From Patescibacteria group bacterium (lineage in GTDB: Bacteria > Patescibacteriota > Patescibacteriia > CAIXNZ01), in NCBI GenBank assembly GCA_041651155.1, contig JBAZJU010000001.1, positions 167,619 through 231,618 of the forward strand: a stretch of 64,000 nt of DNA. The letters are read 5' to 3'. Positions within the stretch are counted from its first letter, which is position 1; each line of letters starts with the position of its first letter. The position numbers were made by a program, and so were the translations under genes. The notes below the pieces were generated by a model. The model searched no databases and was not told where the DNA came from. It saw nothing but the letters and a program-made list of their open reading frames with translations. Positions 55,775 to 64,000 of the stretch are shown one piece after another.

Positions 55775-56365
55775 ATGCTAAAACAAAAATTGCCTGATTT
55801 AATTGCTTATTCGGTAATTCAACTGCCCAAGAAATTACCGCGAGAAATTACGAATAAGCCAGAAATATTATTTAAATTAGCCCAAGATTTATTGGCAAAG
55901 TGTGCCAATGACGCCATTATTTTACAGGGAAACGGGTCTTTGGAATTAGCCATGGCTATTTATTGGATGGCCAGAGTCGTTTTTTGGGAGATTGTCTGGC
56001 AGCCGGCTGAAAAAAAACCAGGTTTGATTGTTTATTCTGATTTTGAACCAGAGGAAATTATTCATCCGCACTTTATTTTAAAACCATTAATCTGGACAGA
56101 CAAAGAAATTAAAACTTTAAAAAAACAAAGAGCTAAAGATAAACAAACAGAAATCAGCCTTGATCTGGCCAAAACATGGGAGCAGGCCAAGATCAAGCAA
56201 AATCCTCTTAAGGCATTTTTGCGCCAACTTTATGCGATTGAGCCGGCCAAAAAGTCAGTGATCTTAAAAAACACTTGTCCGCTTGGGCCTGCGCTTTTTG
56301 CTTTTAAATGGTTTATAAATAGAGCCGAGAATGTTTATTACGAAAATATAAAATTTCAAATATGA
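55775..56365 (+). CDS. hypothetical protein, translationally coupled to the downstream helicase
   Basis: Its stop overlaps the start at 56362. Confidence 0.3.
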   Translation: MLKQKLPDLIAYSVIQLPKKLPREITNKPEILFKLAQDLLAKCANDAIILQGNGSLELAMAIYWMARVVFWEIVWQPAEKKPGLIVYSDFEPEEIIHPHFILKPLIWTDKEIKTLKKQRAKDKQTEISLDLAKTWEQAKIKQNPLKAFLRQLYAIEPAKKSVILKNTCPLGPALFAFKWFINRAENVYYENIKFQI

Positions 56366-59300
56366 TAAAAATTTCTTCGGAACTTTTAATTGAAGAAGAA
56401 GCTGAAAATCTGGCTGAAAAAATAGCTACTATTAATGGCGGAGTTGATTTGACTAAAGATGAAGATTTGGAAGCATATGCCAATAAATATCAGGAGAGAC
56501 TAAAGCAAATTATTGAATCTCAGCCTTTGCCAATCAAGGAGAAATTTGGGGAATTGGTTAACCGCTTGAGTAATGCCTTTAAATTGGACAAGGCTTTTTT
56601 GCTGCAAGGTGAAACAGGCTCGGGCAAATCCGTTTATTCACCCTTGGCAATTCTGGAAGCTTTAAAAATTTTGAATCTGCCAGAGAAAGTTGTGGTCATG
56701 CAGCCAAGGCGCGATGCCTGCCGCAATGTGGCCAGAGCCATAGCCGCCTTGACTGATTCAAACTTGGGCGGGGAAGTCGGTTTTTCTACTTCTGAAGAAA
56801 AAAAGTTTAATGACCAGACAAAAATCAGGGTGGTGACGCCCGGTATTTTTAACCAATATCTGGCCAACGGAGAATTGACCAAAGATAAAGTGGGCGCTGT
56901 TTTAATTGATGAAATGCACGAAGCCAGCAGCGAGTATCATTTGGCTATTGGCTTGCTGAAATTATTACAACAGGCGCATCATGCGCCACAAATCATGCTG
57001 ACTAGTGCAACTATCAATAAGGAGCAGATACTGAATTTTTTTCAGATTGATAGCCATGAATATTTAAATGTCAGTGGCCGTTCTTTCCCGGTCAACCGTC
57101 ATTATTCTGAGCAGGTTAATTATGAAAAAGATACTGATTATTTTTTTGAGATAAATAACATAGCAAAAAAGATATGTTCATCGGGTGAAAGCGGGGATAT
57201 CCTGGTTTTTTTGCCGGGTCTTTATGAAATTAATGAAATGGCCGATGACTTGAGCAAATTGCCAGAGGTTGAAGTGTTAAAATTGCACAGCACGCTTAGT
57301 CCGGCTGAAAGAGATAATGTGATTATGGGTAAAAATGGCAAAAAAGGCCCTCGCCGCATAATTTTAAGCACTAATATAGCCGAAACATCTGTGACTGTGC
57401 CCGGCATAAAATTTGTCATTGATTCTGGCCGGCAAAGGTCTGTAAGTTATAATCCAAATTTGGGCATAAACGATTTTGTGACTGAATATATTTCCAAGGA
57501 CCAAGTCGCCCAAAGAGCCGGCAGAGCCGGACGGCTTGAGCCAGGTGAATATTTTTCGGTTTTAAGTGAAGATGACTATGATCAATTGGCAGAGCATCCA
57601 AAAGCCGCGATTCATAAAGAAAACCTGGCGCATTTTGTGCTGGTGCTTAAATCAATGGGTATTAGTCCTGAAGAATTTCCTTTTATAGATCCACCAGCCA
57701 AAGATAAGCTTAAAGCGGCTGAAGATGAGCTGCAGATTTTGGGAGTTTTTGACGAGCAGGGGAAAATAAGCGCTATTGGCAAAGAAATGATGGAATTATC
57801 TCTGTCTTTTGAACCCAGAATGGCCAGGATGATAATTGAAGCCAGGAAATTAGGTTGTTTGAACGAGACTTTAATCATGGCGGCTTTTGACAGAGAGCGT
57901 TCATTATTCACTTTGCCCAGCCAGGAGGATGAGAAAAAATATGGCAGCCGTAAAATGGCCAATGTGCATTATCAGGAAATGCGTGCAAAATTTAACAGTG
58001 GCGGTTCTGATTATTTCCGTTCGTTAAATGTTTTTAAAGAGGCTTTGGAAAAAGGCTTGCTTGAAGCACACCACTGGGATAAATCTCAAGAAGGCCAGGC
58101 AATTTATGAAGATTTTATAAGTTGGTGCGATGATTACAGAATTTCAGCCAAAGCTTTAAAACGCATTGCCTTTGATGTAAAAAAATATCTTAAATATTTG
58201 GGACAAAACGAACCAAACCTAGAGAATATTTTAAAAACCAAGCCAAGACTTTTTGACGAGTCAGTAAAAACATTGGATCTTGATGAAAATAGCCTTTCCA
58301 AAGTTTTATTGTCAGGGTTTCCAGACAGGCTAATGCATCAAGTCAGTTTCAGGCCGCCGACTTTTGCCAGCCTGGGGAATAAAGAATTGGACAGGATTTT
58401 TATTTCGCCCGGGTCTGCAGCCTTTTCAAGTTCTGGTTTGGATTTTAGCTTGGGCTCTATTACGTACAATGAACGCTCTGAAAAAAATTATGCTGCCAAT
58501 ATCCATCCCTTGAATATTAAAGCGCTTTATGAAGCCAGGCCGGAATTATTTGCGGACAGGAAGCCGCCTAGGTTACTTTTTGACCCCAGAACAGGAGGCG
58601 TGTCGCAAATTAAATTTTTAAGCCTTAAAGATAAGCCGGAAATTATTGCGGGTGAAATTGAATTGCCCACAAACGGTCCTGAGGCAGAAGAAATTATTAA
58701 ACATTTTCCCAGGCAGATAAAATTGGATTCGGTTGAATGCCAGGTGCATTATTTTTTTGAAATATTCGGATCAGAAGAATTAACTGCCAAAGTTATCGTG
58801 CCGCCTGGTAATATTTTTGGGATAAAAGAATTTTCTTTGCCCGAGCTGGGTACAAAAGACCAGAAAGTTTCCGTCAGATTTGCTTCAAGTGAAGATAGCC
58901 CGGCAATATTTTTTAGTCTGGACTCTCTGAAATATAAAGTTGAAGAAGATTTGCTCCATGAAAAATGGAAAAAATGGGACAATGAAAATAATAAGGGAAA
59001 AAATATTTTTATAAATAATGAGGACAGCCTGCCTGAAGTTGAGCAATTAGGCTTCAAACCAAAAGTCTATGCCATGGATCAGCAGGGAAATGAGCATTAT
59101 GCCTATCCTGCAGTAGTTTTGGCAGGCTTGGATTTATTACAGCCCAAGCAAAATTTGAAAGTAACATATTTTCAGACTGAAGAACAAGCACAAAGCGCGC
59201 AAAGCCGGGCTTTGGCTCAATGGCAGGAATTTGGCTTTAACCTGGGGAGGATCAAAAAGAGCAAAGAACTGGCCACCAAATACAAATCAAGTTTTGATTT

Positions 59301-60297
59301 GGTTAGGGATATTAATGAAAAATTAGAAAAAATGGAAATGAAAGAGACTTCTGATTTAGGACAAGAGGCAAAGTACTTGGAGCAAGAGCTGCTTAATGAT
59401 ACTATGAGAAATTCAGAAAAAAGCATTGAAAGTACGACTGTTTTATTAAAGAGATTAAAACATGCAATTGAGGTCAAAGAAAATGACAATAAATTGAAGG
59501 GAAAATACGCCGCTGAGTGGCAGGATATTCTCGGCCAATATCAAAAAATGCAAGCTGAACATTCCTCTGTTCCATTTTATAATTCCCAATGGCGCAAGCT
59601 CATAGAAAAAATTGATCTTGTAGTGAGTGGCGATTATGATTTTGAACAGAGCCTAAAAAAAGCCATTGAGCTGGAAGCTGAATCAGCCAAGCCGGAATTG
59701 ATCCAATTTTTACCTGCGGAATTTATAAGCGGCTTTAAAGGCAGAAAAGAGGCTTTGGAAAAGATGCTGGCCGAAGTTAAGGCTTTTAGAACAGGCCCGA
59801 AAAAAGAAAAACCAAAAGCTAAAGAGTTGACACCCGAACAAATGGAGCAGGAATTGAAGGAGGAAATGGAATTTTATGACATTATTTTACAGGAGCAGCT
59901 GCGCGATAAAAATTACTTGACAGCCGGAATTAATCTGGAAAAGCGCCAGAAAAATTTAGGCATTCTAAAGGATCAACGCAAAGAATTAAATTCCATCAGA
60001 AATGATTTAGGCAAAATTACGCTCAACAGCTCAAAGAGCAAATTTGGCGCAATCAGGCGTTCTATTGATAAAGCTGTTTCCGAATTAGCCAAGCAAACGA
60101 ATTATAATCCAAAATGGCCGGCAGTTTATACCGCTATTACCGATGAATACGTCCCTCAGCTGGAAGAATTTTTAGGCCAGAAATTTGAAGCCTCGGACTT
60201 AAAACGTAATTTTGAGAAGCTGGTTGCTGTAGCTAAAAATCCATATTTATCTGCAAATGATATTAAAAAACAAGTTGAAGATATTTTAACTTCTTAA
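56362..60297 (+). CDS. DEAH-box (HrpA/HrpB-like) helicase with ~600-aa coiled-coil/low-complexity C-terminal extension
   Basis: Motif I GETGSGKS, II DEMHE, III TSAT, V TNIAETSVT, VI QRAGRAGR. Confidence 0.8.
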   Translation: MIKISSELLIEEEAENLAEKIATINGGVDLTKDEDLEAYANKYQERLKQIIESQPLPIKEKFGELVNRLSNAFKLDKAFLLQGETGSGKSVYSPLAILEALKILNLPEKVVVMQPRRDACRNVARAIAALTDSNLGGEVGFSTSEEKKFNDQTKIRVVTPGIFNQYLANGELTKDKVGAVLIDEMHEASSEYHLAIGLLKLLQQAHHAPQIMLTSATINKEQILNFFQIDSHEYLNVSGRSFPVNRHYSEQVNYEKDTDYFFEINNIAKKICSSGESGDILVFLPGLYEINEMADDLSKLPEVEVLKLHSTLSPAERDNVIMGKNGKKGPRRIILSTNIAETSVTVPGIKFVIDSGRQRSVSYNPNLGINDFVTEYISKDQVAQRAGRAGRLEPGEYFSVLSEDDYDQLAEHPKAAIHKENLAHFVLVLKSMGISPEEFPFIDPPAKDKLKAAEDELQILGVFDEQGKISAIGKEMMELSLSFEPRMARMIIEARKLGCLNETLIMAAFDRERSLFTLPSQEDEKKYGSRKMANVHYQEMRAKFNSGGSDYFRSLNVFKEALEKGLLEAHHWDKSQEGQAIYEDFISWCDDYRISAKALKRIAFDVKKYLKYLGQNEPNLENILKTKPRLFDESVKTLDLDENSLSKVLLSGFPDRLMHQVSFRPPTFASLGNKELDRIFISPGSAAFSSSGLDFSLGSITYNERSEKNYAANIHPLNIKALYEARPELFADRKPPRLLFDPRTGGVSQIKFLSLKDKPEIIAGEIELPTNGPEAEEIIKHFPRQIKLDSVECQVHYFFEIFGSEELTAKVIVPPGNIFGIKEFSLPELGTKDQKVSVRFASSEDSPAIFFSLDSLKYKVEEDLLHEKWKKWDNENNKGKNIFINNEDSLPEVEQLGFKPKVYAMDQQGNEHYAYPAVVLAGLDLLQPKQNLKVTYFQTEEQAQSAQSRALAQWQEFGFNLGRIKKSKELATKYKSSFDLVRDINEKLEKMEMKETSDLGQEAKYLEQELLNDTMRNSEKSIESTTVLLKRLKHAIEVKENDNKLKGKYAAEWQDILGQYQKMQAEHSSVPFYNSQWRKLIEKIDLVVSGDYDFEQSLKKAIELEAESAKPELIQFLPAEFISGFKGRKEALEKMLAEVKAFRTGPKKEKPKAKELTPEQMEQELKEEMEFYDIILQEQLRDKNYLTAGINLEKRQKNLGILKDQRKELNSIRNDLGKITLNSSKSKFGAIRRSIDKAVSELAKQTNYNPKWPAVYTAITDEYVPQLEEFLGQKFEASDLKRNFEKLVAVAKNPYLSANDIKKQVEDILTS

Positions 60298-60298
60298 T

Positions 60299-61165
60299 AT
60301 GAACGGCAAAAGTCGTAAGATTATTTTGGATATTGCAATCGTTATTTTGATAATTGCGCTGGTTGTGATTGCTGATATTGTTATTAGCAAATTTCGTTCA
60401 AATCCGGCTGAAGAAAAGATTGCTAAAAATGGCCAGTCAGCGGCAACTGATAGTTTGGCCTTGCTGCCCATTGCTGCCAATGAAAAAGTTTTTCTTCCGA
60501 TTCTAAATTTTCACCACATTGACAAAGCACCTGCTAATTTAAGCGCGGTTGATAAAAGTTTTTACATTGAACCAGCAAAATTTGAAGACATTTTAAATAA
60601 GCTGATTGCCGCTGATTACAGGCCGGTATTTACCAGTGAAATTGTTAATGGCCTAAAAGATCTGAAAATTCCCGATGAAAAAATCATAGCCATTACCTTT
60701 GATGACGGCAATGAGGATTTTTACACTCAGGCCTGGCCGATTTTGCAAAAATTAAAAATTATATCCAATATCTATATTATGACCGGGGTTAAAGGCAAAA
60801 GCTGGCTTACGCCAGAGCAGATTATTGAACTGGATAAAAGCGGCCTGGTGGAAATTGGTTCGCACACAGTTTATCATCAGAAATTAACAAAAATTACCTC
60901 AACCGAAGCTCTTAAAGAATTAATAAACAGTAAAAAATCTCTGGAAGATTTGTTGGGCAAGGAAATAAATATTATTTGTTATCCTTTTGGTTTGTATAAT
61001 CAACAGATTGAAGATCTGGCTCAAAAAGCCGGCTATGAAGCTGGTCTGACCTTTGATCAAGACGCCTGGCAAAATCCCGACAATTTATTTGAGCTCAAAA
61101 GAATCAGCGTTTATCCGGGTTTGGATGTGATGAAATTTTTGGAAAAATTAAGGGATAACAAATAA
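60299..61165 (+). CDS. polysaccharide deacetylase (NodB homology domain), membrane-anchored
   Basis: TFDDGNEDFYTQAWP, GSHTVYH. Confidence 0.8.
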   Translation: MNGKSRKIILDIAIVILIIALVVIADIVISKFRSNPAEEKIAKNGQSAATDSLALLPIAANEKVFLPILNFHHIDKAPANLSAVDKSFYIEPAKFEDILNKLIAADYRPVFTSEIVNGLKDLKIPDEKIIAITFDDGNEDFYTQAWPILQKLKIISNIYIMTGVKGKSWLTPEQIIELDKSGLVEIGSHTVYHQKLTKITSTEALKELINSKKSLEDLLGKEINIICYPFGLYNQQIEDLAQKAGYEAGLTFDQDAWQNPDNLFELKRISVYPGLDVMKFLEKLRDNK

Positions 61166-61214
61166 AGAATTTCATCTCGTCTAAAGCCGAAGCCGGACTA
61201 AAATATTTTTAAAT

Positions 61215-61844
61215 ATGGCCTATATATTTTTAGACGAAAGCGGTGATTTAGGGTTTAGTAGCCGTTCTAGCCAATGGTTTATTTTAACCATTGTTTTAAC
61301 CAATAAGCATAGAAAAATTGAGAAATGCGTCAAGAAAGTACATAAGGGATTAAAAAAGAAGTATAAGAAAATCAAAGAACTTCATGCTTATCATTCTGAT
61401 GCAACAACTAAAAAGAGGATATTAAAATTGCTTTCAGACGCAGACGATTTAAAAGTATTATGTATTATTTTAAATAAAAAGAAAGTCTACACGGACCTAA
61501 TAAATCAAAAAAGTTTTCTTTACAATTATACTGCCAATATTTTATTGGAGAGACTGCATAACAGGAATTTAATTAAAACAAATGAAAGAATCAATATTTT
61601 TATTGACCAGAGAGAAACAAATAAATTTTTAAAGAAAAATTTCGAGGACTATTTGAGGAGTAATTTAGTTAAAAGAGGGAATAATGATTTTGATATAAAA
61701 ATCAAACCTTCGCACACGGAAAAATGCCTTCAGGCCGTTGATTTTATATCTTGGGCAATATTCAGGAAATATGAGCAGGGTGAATACGAATATTATGAAA
61801 TTATAAAGAATAAAATTATTGAAGAAAACTTGCTTTTTCCATAA
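61215..61844 (+). CDS. DUF3800-family protein
   Basis: N-terminal IFLDESGDLGF is the DUF3800 signature. Confidence 0.55.
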   Translation: MAYIFLDESGDLGFSSRSSQWFILTIVLTNKHRKIEKCVKKVHKGLKKKYKKIKELHAYHSDATTKKRILKLLSDADDLKVLCIILNKKKVYTDLINQKSFLYNYTANILLERLHNRNLIKTNERINIFIDQRETNKFLKKNFEDYLRSNLVKRGNNDFDIKIKPSHTEKCLQAVDFISWAIFRKYEQGEYEYYEIIKNKIIEENLLFP

Positions 61845-61973
61845 ATAAGAAAACCCCCGGCTTTAGCGGGACGCCTTACGGTATCCCAATGCAGGAGGAT
61901 TTACTTCTATGATTAAAGTATATCAAAGGTTATGCACGTTGTCAATATAGCCTAACTCATCTAAAATAACTTT

Positions 61974-62342
61974 ATGACCAAACAATTTTTAAGAGACTCT
62001 TTAATTTGGGGCGTGGCTTTATGGTTAATTGGCTATATTTTAGGCTTTATTTTTTTTGCCATGGCTCCGGCTAATTTAATCGGCTGGTATATAATGCCGT
62101 TTGGTATTGTTATCACTCTGTTTGTCGCTTACAAATTTATTAAAAGCAATAATTTGCAGGATTATTTGAAAGTCGCTTGCATCTGGACAATTTTGGCGAT
62201 TGTTTTAGATTATATTTTTTTAGTTAAACTGCTTAACCCAACAGATGGTTATTATAAGCTGGATGTTTATGTGTATTATAGCTTAACTTTTATTCTGCCG
62301 ATTTTAGTCGGTTGGTACAAAATTGCCAAATTTGCCAAATAA
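61974..62342 (+). CDS. hypothetical membrane protein
   Basis: Three TM helices. Confidence 0.3.
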   Translation: MTKQFLRDSLIWGVALWLIGYILGFIFFAMAPANLIGWYIMPFGIVITLFVAYKFIKSNNLQDYLKVACIWTILAIVLDYIFLVKLLNPTDGYYKLDVYVYYSLTFILPILVGWYKIAKFAK

Positions 62343-62349
62343 AAAACTT

Positions 62350-63618
62350 ATGAAATATGATGTCTCAATTATTGGCGGGGGTCCAGCCGGATTAATGGCC
62401 GCGGCGCGAGCAGCCGAGCTTGGCGCTAAGGTTATTTTAGTGGAAAAAAATCCTGGGCTCGGAGTTAAGCTTCTTTTAACCGGCGGCGGCCGTTCAAATT
62501 TGACCAATAATATCACAGATCCGCGGGTTTTTGCGGCACGCCTTGGCAAAAATGGTAAATTTCTACTGGCTGCTTTATATAAATTTGGCGTTACAGAAAC
62601 TTTGGATTTTTTTCACAGTCGCGGTTTATTGACAAAAGTGGAGAATAACAACAGGGTTTTTCCGGTTAGTAATAAAGCCGCTGATGTGTTAGCTGTTTTT
62701 TTAAAAGAATTGCAGAAATATCAGGTGGTAATCAGCGCTAAAAGCCAAGTTAAAAAAATTGTCAGCCAAAATAATAAAATTGTTAAAATCGTTTTGGCTA
62801 GTGGCCGGGAAATCCTGGCTAATAATTTTATTCTGGCGACCGGCGGTAAATCATATCCGCAAACCGGTTCCAGCGGCGATGGCTATAAATGGCTTGTGCA
62901 ATTGCACCATACCATAATTTCTCCTCAGCCTTGCCTAGCGCCGCTTTTAGTTGAAGCTGCTTTTATTAAAGACCTGGAAGGCTTAAGTATTATTGGAGCG
63001 AAGCTAAATCTTTATTTTGGGGCAAAAAAGATTGCCAGCACAAGCGGCGATATTATTTTTACCTCAAGTGGTTTAAGCGGTCCGGCGGCTTTAGATTTGA
63101 GCCGTTTGATTGCTCCCGAAGCAATCAAGGATTTATATGTGGAGGTTGATTTTTTACCGCAGCTGGAATCATCTTTTTTGGACAAAAAATTACAGCAAGC
63201 TTTGGCCTGCGGAACTAAGCAGATTAAAAATTGTCTTGATGGCTTGGTCGCGCCAAAATTTAAGCCGGTTTTATTTAAACTGAGCCAAATAGATCCAGCC
63301 AAAAAATCCAGCCTTATCAGCCGTCAGGAAAGATTAGCCCTGGTAAAATTATTGAAAAATTTTAAACTTAAAATAAAAGCTCTGGCTGGTTTTGAGCGCG
63401 CCATGATTACCAGCGGCGGAGCGGTTTTAACTGAAATTGATCCCAGGACAATGCGTTCTGAAATAATAAGTAATTTATTTATTTGTGGTGAGATTCTGGA
63501 TCTGGCTGGCCCGACCGGCGGTTTTAATCTGCAAATTTGCTGGTCAAGCGGCTATTTGGCGGGTGAGTCAGCAGCAACCGGTATAATAATAAAAAGCCAA
63601 AGAACAAAGCTCAAATAA
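62350..63618 (+). CDS. HI0933-family FAD-dependent flavoprotein
   Basis: YDVSIIGGGPAGLMAAARAAELG dinucleotide-binding motif; TGGKSYPQTGSSGDGY is HI0933-like. Confidence 0.8.
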   Translation: MKYDVSIIGGGPAGLMAAARAAELGAKVILVEKNPGLGVKLLLTGGGRSNLTNNITDPRVFAARLGKNGKFLLAALYKFGVTETLDFFHSRGLLTKVENNNRVFPVSNKAADVLAVFLKELQKYQVVISAKSQVKKIVSQNNKIVKIVLASGREILANNFILATGGKSYPQTGSSGDGYKWLVQLHHTIISPQPCLAPLLVEAAFIKDLEGLSIIGAKLNLYFGAKKIASTSGDIIFTSSGLSGPAALDLSRLIAPEAIKDLYVEVDFLPQLESSFLDKKLQQALACGTKQIKNCLDGLVAPKFKPVLFKLSQIDPAKKSSLISRQERLALVKLLKNFKLKIKALAGFERAMITSGGAVLTEIDPRTMRSEIISNLFICGEILDLAGPTGGFNLQICWSSGYLAGESAATGIIIKSQRTKLK

Positions 63619-63795
63619 CAAACCTTTGTCCTGCGTGGCGGGACTATGGCTGGCGAAGGCAAAATAATACCAAAATCTAAAATTAAAAATTTAAATTTCT
63701 GGATTAAATCAGCTTCTTGAGACTAAGTGCGACTTTTTTAAATTAAAAAAGGCAGAGATGACTCTGCCCTTTAATTTTGAAGCTAATGAAGAGTT

Positions 63796-64000
63796 CTATT
63801 CCAGTCCGCCGGGATCTTTCCAGCAGTCTGGCTCCAGATGGAAAACTGCCAGCGGAAGCTTGAGTCCGGTTTGTGTGAAGATACATAGGAACGGCCGATT
63901 GATGATAAGCTTTTTTTTCGGAATTGTTACGCAGGCACGTATCAATGTCATGGCTGCTGCATCCTGAACCCTGGCGCCGTTTTCATTCAGGCGCAGTTTT
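63796..64000 (-). CDS. 3' end of an unidentified gene running off the window; visibly GC-richer than the rest
   Basis: Open frame to the window edge, ..ACVTIPKKKLIINRPFLCIFTQTGLKLPLAVFHLEPDCWKDPGGLE* with stop at 63796-63798. Confidence 0.3.
   Translation of the reverse strand, partial: KLRLNENGARVQDAAAMTLIRACVTIPKKKLIINRPFLCIFTQTGLKLPLAVFHLEPDCWKDPGGLE

Noticed and set aside
63758-63967. 69-aa plus-strand ORF at the window end
   Set aside because: It is antisense to the better-supported GC-rich minus-strand coding frame and has no Shine-Dalgarno.

Overview
This window looks like a low-GC, gene-dense bacterial genome of the Candidate Phyla Radiation / Patescibacteria type. That placement is an inference from gene content, small proteins and intergenic sequence style.

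Housekeeping genes I can support:
- dTDP-rhamnose synthesis: rfbB, rfbD, rfbA.
- Cell-wall and division genes: mraY, murD, ftsW, murG, murE, ftsE, ftsX, an FtsB-like gene and an RlpA-like gene.
- An Fe-S cluster: iscR-iscU-nfu-maf-iscS.
- Others: pyrG, rplI, rpmA, arfB, thiI, ctpA, msrA, tspO, a P-type ATPase and a DEAH helicase.
- Five canonical tRNAs: Lys-UUU, Met-CAU, Thr-CGU, Gly-CCC, Gln-UUG.
- No rRNA and no CRISPR array.

The most interesting content, in coordinate order:
- The window opens inside a degenerate IS200/RAYT-like Y1 transposase ORF that carries palindromes of the REP (repetitive extragenic palindrome) type; one of them has a second copy 26 kb away.
- A ~265-bp multi-hairpin structured element occurs twice in full and once as a core, with compensatory base changes in its closing helix. 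The two full copies bracket a ppnP / lipoprotein / truncated-pnuC segment.
- A rearranged tRNA locus holds a 4 x 63-bp tandem array of tRNA 3'-end remnants and an intact tRNA-Lys bounded by ~35-bp inverted repeats.
- A 144-nt tRNA-like gene has acceptor, D and T arms, but a two-hairpin insert replaces the anticodon arm.
- At ~45.8-52.7 kb, next to tRNA-Gln, there is a defence-island-like block: a C5 cytosine methyltransferase, an overlapping putative restriction endonuclease and vsr; a C-terminal remnant of an N6-adenine methyltransferase; and an unassigned gene pair encoding a multi-TM HerA/FtsK-like (DUF87-type) ATPase plus a Pif1-family helicase. This gene pair is my top candidate for an undescribed system.

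Intergenic spacers throughout are built from AT-rich dyad-symmetric word repeats and GC-rich CCTGCC/GGCAGG palindromes.
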